A stretch of 64,000 nucleotides of DNA from Candidatus Colwellbacteria bacterium (GTDB lineage: Bacteria > Patescibacteriota > Minisyncoccia > UBA6257 > Colwellbacteraceae): contig JACOXB010000008.1 in assembly GCA_016176505.1 (NCBI GenBank), forward strand, positions 984-64,983, read 5' to 3'. Each line of letters opens with the position of its first letter. Positions within the stretch are counted from its first letter, which is position 1. Position numbers and translations under genes: made by a program. Positions 28,765-36,256 of the stretch are shown here, one piece after another. Below the pieces are notes generated by a model. It had not been told where the DNA came from. It did not search any database and worked only from the letters and a program-made list of their open reading frames with translations.

Positions 28765-29895
28765 GGAGATAATTCTGCCAACCGGGCTCTTGGCCTCGAT
28801 GATTATTGGGGCCGGGATGTTTGCCCTGCCTTATGTTTTTCTGAAGGCCGGTTTTTTACTCGGCCTTTTTTACTTGGCTGTTTTTGCGGCTGTATTTTCG
28901 GCGATTCACTTAATGTATTTGCGGGTTATTAATGAAACCGAAGGCCGACATCGGTTTGTTGGTTATGCCCGAATTTACTTGGGGGATTTTGGCTTTTGGC
29001 TCGCGGTTTTAACAACCGTTATTGGTTTAACGCTTGTCCTCGTGGCTTACTTGATTCTGGGAGTCGATTTTTTGAAAATAGCTATTCCCTCGCTTTCAAG
29101 CTCTCTGGCTCTTTATCTTTTCTGGTTTACTGGGGTCGCCGCTGTTGTTTTTTCCCTGAAGCGTTTGGCGAACTTCGAGTTCTTAGTTGCGGTGGCTATG
29201 GTGGCTATTATTTTGATTCTTTTTGGTTTCAGTTTAAAAGCGCCTTCATTAACTTTGTCTCGATTTAATCCCACGGATTTTTTCCTGCCTTATGGCGTAG
29301 TTCTTTTCTCTTTGGCTGGTCGAGCTGCTATTTCTTCTTTGCGCGATTATTGGCAGGGGAGGGCGTTGCCGAAAAAAGGACTCCGGCGAGCAGTGGTTTT
29401 AGGGACGCTTATTCCAGCTCTCGCCTCCGGCGAGCAGTGGTTTTAGGGACGCTTATTCCAGCTCTCGCCTATCTTCTTTTTGTGATTGCCGTGATAGCTC
29501 TCTCGCCAACTGGCCCTACACCTGATGCGATTACCGGATTAAACTTCATTCCGCCGCCGCTTCTTATCCTAGTCGGCGTCCTCGGGGTTTTCAGTCTTTG
29601 GACTTCTTATTTTTTCCTAGGGACTGAGGTTAAAGATATTTTAATTTATGACCTTCGCTTGCCCGGATTTTTTGCTTTTATGCTCGCGAGTTTCGTGCCC
29701 CTGATTTTATTTTTCTTTGGTCTTAATAATTTCATTGGCCTTGTTGGCTTTATCGGCGGCGTTTTTCTGGCGCTCGAAAGCATTATGGTGGTTTTGATGT
29801 ATTTAAAGCTTCGCCATAAATCCGTTCTTTTATACTTGCCCCTGATTCTTGTTTTTCTCCTCGGCGCTCTTTATGAAATCTGGCGCTTCTTCTAA
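28739..29895 (+). pseudogene. Amino-acid permease (Mtr/TnaB/APC-like), split by a frameshifting 44-bp tandem duplication
   Basis: ORFs 28739..29446 and 29350..29895 overlap in different frames. Both read RRAVVLGTLIPALA across the duplicated 44-mer. Removing one copy restores one ~370-aa polytopic permease (IGAGMFALPYVF...). Confidence 0.6.
29382..29469 (+). repeat. Perfect 44-bp direct tandem duplication (2 copies)
   Basis: TCCGGCGAGCAGTGGTTTTAGGGACGCTTATTCCAGCTCTCGCC occurs at 29382-29425 and 29426-29469. Confidence 0.85.
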
Positions 29896-29896
29896 G

Positions 29897-29969
29897 TACG
29901 CCCGACTGGATTCGAACCAGTAGTCTTTGGCTCCGGAGGCCAACGCTTTATCCATTAAGCTACGGGCGC
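29897..29969 (-). tRNA. tRNA-Arg (anticodon CCG)
   Basis: Reverse strand GCGCCCGTAGCTTAATGGATAAAGCGTTGGCCTCCGGAGCCAAAGACTACTGGTTCGAATCCAGTCGGGCGTA folds as a cloverleaf with a 7-bp acceptor, a TTCGAAT T-loop and a CTCCGGA anticodon loop. Confidence 0.85.
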
Positions 29970-30071
29970 ATTCAGCTAAATACTAAGCAGGTTCCTCCCT
30001 CTTCGTCAAAATCTCGATTTTGTGACGAAGAGCAGTCCGCCGCAGGCGGAGATTCCTCTCGAGGGCGCAGC

Positions 30072-30101
30072 TTGACACTATTACATTGTTAGTGTTATAG
30101 A
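30072..30101 (+). promoter_or_regulatory. Sigma-70-like promoter: TTGACA, 17/18-nt spacer, TG-extended TTATAGA
   Basis: cTTGACActattacattgttagTGTTATAGa lies about 80 nt upstream of the GC-rich ORF at 30179. Confidence 0.35.
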
Positions 30102-30178
30102 ACTAGTATTACCAAAGCGGTAATCTGTTCGCGGAGGCGAAGCCCCGCAACAGCCCGAACCTCGAAAGGAGGCTTGCG

Positions 30179-30769
30179 ATGCGTCGCGTTACTCAGAAAT
30201 ACTTCCGGGAACTCCTAAGGGAGAAGCTCGGTCGGCAGTGGGCTCGCGCATTTCGTGTCTTCCGGAACTACGGCAAGAATCTGGGATGGGATGTGACGAA
30301 CGTCCTACTCCAGGCAGTGGACAAAGGCAAGGTAGGAGAGGTGCTCACGATCCTCGAGGAGCACTACGAGGACCACCTTCAGTACCAGCACCCAGACGTC
30401 CGCGGTCTCGTGGCTGGCGACCTCGGCGTGAACCTCACTCAGAGGATGTTCGTCGACATCTGCGAGAAGGTGCTCGAGCTCCAGCCAGATGATGGCAGCC
30501 GCGCACCCGCGGATCTGGCTACGCTGACGAAGGCGGATTCACCGATGCGCTTCCAGACCCAGACTTCGATCTACGAGATCGTGAGAGGGGTGGGGGGATT
30601 CGTCCTCCGCAAGCTCGAGGCCTCCGCTCCGAGCAAGATCCAGCCAGGAGACGGCCCGTTCCAAGGCGACAAGGTAGTGATCACCCAGAGTCGTCAGCTG
30701 GTGCTCTACGACGATGGCTACGTCGTGATGAACACGAGCCCGATCGCGAAGATCCTGACCAGGGTGTGA
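30179..30769 (+). CDS. Hypothetical protein encoded by a GC-rich (foreign-looking) cassette
   Basis: 196 aa with strong GC3 bias (GAG/CTC/GGC/CGC codons) against a ~45% GC background. A GAAAGGAGG ribosome-binding site sits 6 nt before the ATG. The stop is TGA, followed by a terminator. It lies ~200 bp from tRNA-Arg. Confidence 0.6.
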   Translation: MRRVTQKYFRELLREKLGRQWARAFRVFRNYGKNLGWDVTNVLLQAVDKGKVGEVLTILEEHYEDHLQYQHPDVRGLVAGDLGVNLTQRMFVDICEKVLELQPDDGSRAPADLATLTKADSPMRFQTQTSIYEIVRGVGGFVLRKLEASAPSKIQPGDGPFQGDKVVITQSRQLVLYDDGYVVMNTSPIAKILTRV

Positions 30770-30774
30770 CACCG

Positions 30775-30811
30775 GACCCGTGAGAAGATCCTCACGGGTC
30801 TTCTCATTTTT
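30775..30811 (+). terminator. Rho-independent terminator of the GC-rich cassette
   Basis: GACCCGTGAG-aagatc-CTCACGGGTC (10-bp stem) followed by TTCTCATTTTT. Confidence 0.6.
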
Positions 30812-30855
30812 AGATACAAAATTTACATCATCGATTAAGTCACCTTTTTAAGCGA

Positions 30856-30871
30856 TCGCTTAAAGTGGTGA
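30856..30871. promoter_or_regulatory. Perfect 16-bp palindrome TTAAGCGATCGCTTAA; candidate operator upstream of the kefB-like gene
   Basis: A perfect dyad flanked by further imperfect symmetry (tcacc...ggtga), about 90 bp upstream of the ATG at 30958. Confidence 0.3.
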
Positions 30872-30957
30872 TATATTTCCTGCCCAGAAAGGAACTTCCC
30901 TAACTGCGGCAGACAGGTTCTTGAGGAGATGGGGTTCGTTTGATAACCTTAAGCTAA

Positions 30958-32559
30958 ATGGATTTGCTGACTGAATTGGCCTTGGCCATAGTCCTCGCGG
31001 TTATTTTTGGTTTTATTACGCATCTTTTAAAACAACCGGTCATCATCGGTTTTCTTTTAGCCGGCGTTGCTTTTGGTTATCTCGAAGGCGTCTGGTTAAT
31101 TAATCCGCTTTCCTCGCCAATCGAAAGTTTAGCCTCCCTTGGCGTGATTTTTCTTTTGTTCCTGGTTGGGCTTGAGATGAATCTCCGCGAATTCAAGCAC
31201 TTGAGCTGGTCCGCGCTTTTACTCGGTGTCGGCCAGATATTTTTAACCTTCGGTTTAGGCTTCGGCCTCTCGCTTCTCCTTGGATTCTCGCTCGCCACCT
31301 CGGTTTACCTTGGCGGGGCGCTCACTTTTTCCTCAACCATTATCGTGGTCAAGCTCCTTTCGGACAAAGGCGATCTTCAGAGTCTTTACGGTCGGCTCGC
31401 AGTGGCTCTTTTAATTATTCAGGACTTTGCCGCGATTTTAGTACTCTTGTTCCTCACGAGTTCTCGGATTCTGCCTAAGATTCTTGATCTCGTCGCCCGC
31501 TCCCAAGAAATGCTTTATCTTTTCAGCCTAGCCTGGCTTTTAGGCGTCGCCCTCCTCGCCGTGGCATTCAATGTTTCGCTTGAGGCAGCCGGACTTTTAG
31601 CTGGTTTAGCTCTGGCTAATTCTTCCGAGCGTTTCCAGATGAGCGCTCGGCTCCGGCCTTTACGCGACTTCTTTATTATTCTTTTCTTTGTGGCTTTGGG
31701 CGCCGGATTGGTTCAGACGGAAATTGTTTTCCCCGTTGTCCCAACTCTCGCCTTTATCCTGTTTGTGCTTCTTTTAAAACCCCTGGTTATTCTTCTCGTG
31801 AACGGCTTCTTGGGTTATCGGGCCCGCACATCGTTTCTAACTAGCATCACGAGCACCCAGATTTCTGAGTTCAGTTTGATTATTGCGGTTTTAGGTTATC
31901 GCTTAGGTTATCTTGGACCAACCGAACTTTCACTCATCACCTTAGTTGGTCTTGTGACTATTTTCTTTTCTTCTTATTTTATTACTCACGGCGCCAAGTT
32001 ATATGAATTTTTAAAACCCTTGATTAAGCCTTTCGAATTCCGGAGCAAATTAATCAAAGAAGCGCAAATCGAATCTAAACTTGAAAACCACATTATCTTA
32101 GTCGGCGTTGACCGGATGGGTCGAAGCATTATCCGAGCCTTGAGCAATCAGGATGTTAATTTTGTAGCGCTTGATTTCGACCCGGTTATTATCAAAGAAC
32201 TTGAACGGATGAAAGTCCCAGTTGTCTACGGCGATATTACCGACAGCGATATCCAGGAAAAGATTGGTCTGACCAAAGCCAAGGTGGTTATCTCAACCGT
32301 GCCGGAGTTTGAAGACAATTTAGCGATTTTGCGAGCCACGAACCACAAGCGAAAAGGAATGAAGATAATCTTGACCGCTGAAGACGAGTGGCACGGCCGG
32401 GAACTTTATAAGGAAGGGGCTGACTATGTGCTTTTACCTCATTTCATCGGCGGCCAAGAGTTGGCCCAGATGATCAGCGCTAATCATAATTTTGCGAATC
32501 TTAAAGACTTAAAAGAGCGAGACCTTAAGCTGATTCGGGATTATACTTTAGTTAAATGA
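30958..32559 (+). CDS. Cation:proton antiporter (CPA2/KefB-like) with a C-terminal RCK/TrkA-N domain
   Basis: 533 aa with ~12 TM helices, then a Rossmann motif ILVGVDRMGRSI. Confidence 0.8.
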   Translation: MDLLTELALAIVLAVIFGFITHLLKQPVIIGFLLAGVAFGYLEGVWLINPLSSPIESLASLGVIFLLFLVGLEMNLREFKHLSWSALLLGVGQIFLTFGLGFGLSLLLGFSLATSVYLGGALTFSSTIIVVKLLSDKGDLQSLYGRLAVALLIIQDFAAILVLLFLTSSRILPKILDLVARSQEMLYLFSLAWLLGVALLAVAFNVSLEAAGLLAGLALANSSERFQMSARLRPLRDFFIILFFVALGAGLVQTEIVFPVVPTLAFILFVLLLKPLVILLVNGFLGYRARTSFLTSITSTQISEFSLIIAVLGYRLGYLGPTELSLITLVGLVTIFFSSYFITHGAKLYEFLKPLIKPFEFRSKLIKEAQIESKLENHIILVGVDRMGRSIIRALSNQDVNFVALDFDPVIIKELERMKVPVVYGDITDSDIQEKIGLTKAKVVISTVPEFEDNLAILRATNHKRKGMKIILTAEDEWHGRELYKEGADYVLLPHFIGGQELAQMISANHNFANLKDLKERDLKLIRDYTLVK

Positions 32560-32906
32560 CCTTGGCGGTGCTTTATCTTGCGGGTCGCTTCAGTTATCGA
32601 TTCGTGGCCTTCTTTCGCCACTGGTACTTGGATAGCCTCCGGGTAATGGCTGAGTTTTGGAACCGGCTCCTGCGGCGGCTTGATCAAACCCTAGCTCTCA
32701 GGGTGACTTTGCGCCACTTTTTCCAGCCGCTTTATCAAGACCGAAGCTTCATCGGTTATGTTTTTGGTTTCGGCTTTCGGAGCGCCCGGGTTTTTATTGC
32801 TTCTATTATTTATTTTCTGATCGTTGTTATTGCCGTTTCAATTTACCTTTTCTGGGCGGCTTTGCCGGCTTATGCAGTGTTTAATCTAATGCTCGAACTA
32901 ATTTAG
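32556..32906 (+). CDS. Hypothetical small membrane protein
   Basis: 116 aa with a hydrophobic C-terminal helix, in a 4-nt overlap chain between kefB-like and the Clp ATPase gene. Confidence 0.35.
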   Translation: MTLAVLYLAGRFSYRFVAFFRHWYLDSLRVMAEFWNRLLRRLDQTLALRVTLRHFFQPLYQDRSFIGYVFGFGFRSARVFIASIIYFLIVVIAVSIYLFWAALPAYAVFNLMLELI

Positions 32907-35398
32907 TGATGCCAAAAAACGAAACTCAATTTATTTTTGAAGAACCCCTTTTCGAACTTGGTTATGCCGGCCGGCTTTTGGTGCGGGTTGTCTCAATCAC
33001 TTGGCTTGTGGTTTTAATCGTGGCCACGCTTATTTTTCTGCTTTCAGATATTGGCTGGCTTTTTTGGCTCGGAGTCTTATTACTTTTCTATCTTATTGAT
33101 CGGTTTTTTCACTTGGGTGCGGCTGATGTTTCATTTCTTGAGGCCGGTTCAAAAAGTTCTAACCTAGCTCATTATCTTACGCCCAAAACCAAGCGGACTT
33201 TGATTTCGGTTTTTGACCACACTCGGCTCGTGGGCGGCGATTTTTCTATTAATCTTCTTAAGGTTTTACTCGGGGCGGGTAAAGTTAAGGAAGTTTTACT
33301 TCGACTCGAGGTGCCGCAGGCCGAGCTTGAGTCTAAACTCGAGGCTTATACCGAGCGGTTAAAAAAACATAAATTTCCAGTTCCGGCTTTGCTTTCCCAA
33401 ATTGAAAACTTGATTCTCCTCGCCGGCTTAAATCGCAGTCCTCATCAGCATTCTATCGAAACAATTGATCTTTTCGTCTCTCTCGGATCGAGCGAATCAG
33501 CGGAGGTTAACTCTCTTTTTAATCTCTTCAATATTAAAGAAGGCGAGCTTGCTCGGGCAGCTGTTTTTGGTCGGCTCCATGAGCAAAGGCTAATCCATCT
33601 TCCCGGCAAGGCTTTTCGTAAAATTCTTTCTGCTTATCGCCGGCCGCGGCACCGGATTATGAACCGGGCCTGGACCGCCCTGCCAACGCCGCTCTTAGAT
33701 CAATTCGCCACTGATTTAACCGATGCTGCCCGTTCGTATAAAGTCGGGTTTCTTATTGGCCACGACAAAGAGCTAGCGCGTCTTATTGATGTCCTTTCCC
33801 GGCCTGATAATCCTAACGCGATTTTGATTGGTGACCCTGGTTCGGGCAAGGAGACTGTTGTTGAACACCTCGCCTATTTAATTACCAAAGACCGAGTGCC
33901 TTCCGAACTTTTTGATAAGCGCCTCGTGGCCTTGCGCTTGGGAAGTTTATTTGCCGGCGCTGATCAGGCTGAAATCCAAAATCGGGTTGAGCGAGTTTTC
34001 GGAGAGATAATAAGGTCCGGGAACATTATTCTCTATTTGCCAGAGATTGATAACTTAGCGAGAAGCGCGCCTAAGGGACAGGCTACAATCGCGAGCCTTT
34101 TATTGCCGCTCATTGCTAATAATATCTTCCCGATTATCGGCACAGCTTTTCCTAGAGAGTACAAACTTTACATTGAGCCAGATACTTTTTTCACTGAGGC
34201 TTTTGAGCTTGTCCGAGTGGAGGAGGTGAGTCCCGAGGAAGCCGAGCTCATCCTTACTTATCGGAGCTATTTGCTCGAAGAAACCCATAAAGTCAGGACT
34301 ACTTACGGCGCGATTAAGAAATCGGTCGAACTCGCCCAAAAGTATTTTCGGGAAAAACTTTTGCCAGCCTCGGCTGACGATCTGCTTAAAGAAGCTGCCA
34401 CTTCGGTTAAGAATCGGGGCGAGAGAACTGTGACGAGCGACGATGTGATCAAAGTGGCCGAATCCCGGGTTAATGTGCCGATTCGCGAAGTTGAGGCAGG
34501 CGAGGCCGAGCGTTTATTAAACCTCGAAGCCTTGATTCACGAACGCCTGATTAACCAAGAAGAGGCGGTAAAAGCGGTGGCGGATTCTCTCCGGGCTTAT
34601 CGGAGCGGGCTTACACGAGCTGGCGGACCAATCGGCGCTTTTCTTTTTGTCGGCCCAACCGGCGTGGGCAAAACTGAGCTTGCGAAAACCCTGGCGAGGA
34701 TTCAATTTGGTCAAGAAGAAGCCATGATCAGGTTTGATATGTCTGAATTCCAGGATGCTCAAAGTCTTTATCGCTTTATTGGTGCGCCTGATGGTGAAAC
34801 TCGGGGGAGGCTCACCGAGGCGGTGCTCGAAAAACCTTTTAGCCTGATACTCTTAGATGAATTTGAAAAAGCCCATCCGGATATTTGGAATGTTTTTCTC
34901 CAGGTTTTTGATGATGGCCGCTTAACTGATAATCTCGGCCGAGTAGTTAATTTTGAAAATACGATTATTATCGCCACTTCGAATGCTCATTCAGATGTGA
35001 TTCACTCTTCTTTAAGAAAAGGCGAGTCAATGGAAAGCATTAGCGAATACTTAAAGCAGATTTTGGTTGATGTTTTCCGACCCGAACTTTTAAATCGCTT
35101 CAGCGATATTATTGTTTTCCGGAATTTAGAACCGGTCCATCTTCGAGAGATTGTGAAGCTTCAGCTAAAAGAACTTGGTCGTCTCTTAGATGAGACTCAA
35201 GGAATTAAACTTGAATACACTGATGCCGCAGTCGAACTTTTGGCACGGCTCGGTTACGAACCAGCTTTCGGTGCCAGGCCTTTGCGTCGGGTGATTGAGG
35301 ATAAGATAAAAGCTCCGCTCTCAGAAAAAATCATTGCTCGCGGTTCACTGATTAAACTCGACGTCGTCGGCAGCGCCTTCGTCATCACCCCTCAATAG
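32906..35398 (+). CDS. Clp/Hsp100-family AAA+ ATPase with two NBDs and N-terminal transmembrane helices
   Basis: 830 aa with two N-terminal TM helices. NBD1 has an atypical Walker A, GDPGSGKE (Lys followed by Glu). NBD2 is canonical, VGPTGVGKTELAKTLA, with the sensor-2 GARPLRR. Confidence 0.8.
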   Translation: MMPKNETQFIFEEPLFELGYAGRLLVRVVSITWLVVLIVATLIFLLSDIGWLFWLGVLLLFYLIDRFFHLGAADVSFLEAGSKSSNLAHYLTPKTKRTLISVFDHTRLVGGDFSINLLKVLLGAGKVKEVLLRLEVPQAELESKLEAYTERLKKHKFPVPALLSQIENLILLAGLNRSPHQHSIETIDLFVSLGSSESAEVNSLFNLFNIKEGELARAAVFGRLHEQRLIHLPGKAFRKILSAYRRPRHRIMNRAWTALPTPLLDQFATDLTDAARSYKVGFLIGHDKELARLIDVLSRPDNPNAILIGDPGSGKETVVEHLAYLITKDRVPSELFDKRLVALRLGSLFAGADQAEIQNRVERVFGEIIRSGNIILYLPEIDNLARSAPKGQATIASLLLPLIANNIFPIIGTAFPREYKLYIEPDTFFTEAFELVRVEEVSPEEAELILTYRSYLLEETHKVRTTYGAIKKSVELAQKYFREKLLPASADDLLKEAATSVKNRGERTVTSDDVIKVAESRVNVPIREVEAGEAERLLNLEALIHERLINQEEAVKAVADSLRAYRSGLTRAGGPIGAFLFVGPTGVGKTELAKTLARIQFGQEEAMIRFDMSEFQDAQSLYRFIGAPDGETRGRLTEAVLEKPFSLILLDEFEKAHPDIWNVFLQVFDDGRLTDNLGRVVNFENTIIIATSNAHSDVIHSSLRKGESMESISEYLKQILVDVFRPELLNRFSDIIVFRNLEPVHLREIVKLQLKELGRLLDETQGIKLEYTDAAVELLARLGYEPAFGARPLRRVIEDKIKAPLSEKIIARGSLIKLDVVGSAFVITPQ

Positions 35399-35460
35399 AC
35401 AACTAAAGCTTTTTAACGATCGTCAGAAAGCTTTAGTTGGGGTAGAGGGCTAGAAATAGG

Positions 35461-35489
35461 TTGACAATGGCTTGACCGCGAGTTATAAT
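35461..35489 (+). promoter_or_regulatory. Perfect consensus sigma-70 promoter: TTGACA, 17-nt spacer, TATAAT
   Basis: TTGACA at 35461-66, 17-nt spacer, TATAAT at 35484-89. It points into GC-rich cassette 2. Confidence 0.5.
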
Positions 35490-35629
35490 TGTTGCGTAAA
35501 TTGTACCTTGAGAAAGTGGGCACTTGTGATTTAAAGAGGTCTTCACGCCCTAGCTTCTAAATTCTAGATTCTGGGAATTAAGGCGTGGAGACCTCACTAG
35601 GAGGTTTCCGAAACAGAAAGGAGCTGACC

Positions 35630-36166
35630 ATGTCGGATGACATGCTCGGCAAGGGCGCTCTGGCCGCGGTGGCCGGACCGCTCAAGGATTTCGCCGAGAG
35701 GCTCGCCGGATCAGACGGTCCGGAGTGACTCTCCGCTTTCAAGCGGTTCCTCCGCAAGGAGGAGGCGTGGGGTGCCATCCCCAACTTCTCCCGCGACATG
35801 AGAGAGGAGGGTTGGGAGCTCGTCGAGAGCATCGACGAGGAACCTGCCCCGGTCTCCAGGCTTGAGCTCGTCTCCTTCCTTAGGCGTGGCGAGAGCTACG
35901 TCTCGGGCGAGACGATGCGCGAGCGAGTCAGGGAGGAAGGGGCCAGCCTGGGCCAGCGCCAAGCTGAGTACCTACGCGTGCACCAGGAAGAGATCCCGTC
36001 CGAGTGGCGGGAATTCTACCTGGTTCTCCCAGGTACGGTCTGGCGTGACCGGGACGGCGACCTGTACGTTCCGTACCTCTACTGGCACGGCGGCAGGTGG
36101 TACATGCTCTTCCACCGGCTCGAGCGCGACTGGTACTCCAACGGCCGGCTCGTCAGTCGCAAGTAG
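35630..36166 (+). CDS. Hypothetical protein of GC-rich cassette 2, with an in-frame TGA at 35726-35728
   Basis: An AAAGGAG ribosome-binding site sits 6 nt before the ATG at 35630. A 32-codon ORF (MSDDMLGKGALAAVAGPLKDFAERLAGSDGPE) ends at the TGA and the same frame continues. High GC3 persists without a break through the TGA into ORF 35798..36166 (MREEGWELVESI...). The short alternative is a stand-alone 35798..36166. Confidence 0.4.
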
Positions 36167-36197
36167 CTTGCCCCTTGGACCCTTGGCCCTTGGGTCG

Positions 36198-36240
36198 GCC
36201 CTCGCGCGGTCAGTACGACGCGCGAGGGCTTCTAATTTTT
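36198..36240 (+). terminator. Rho-independent terminator of GC-rich cassette 2
   Basis: GCCCTCGCGCG-gtcagtacga-CGCGCGAGGGC (11-bp stem) followed by TTCTAATTTTT. Confidence 0.6.
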
Positions 36241-36256
36241 CTGGTCTATAATTACT

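Noticed and set aside
24362-35728. Genome-wide UGA reassignment (code 25, UGA=Gly, as in Gracilibacteria/SR1) to explain the two in-frame TGAs
   Set aside because: dnaN (8261-8263) and the 30.2-kb cassette gene terminate in TGA, and very long ORFs (IleRS 1134 aa, PBP1A 816 aa) are intact under the standard code. Reassignment is not supported, so the two TGAs are treated as local events.
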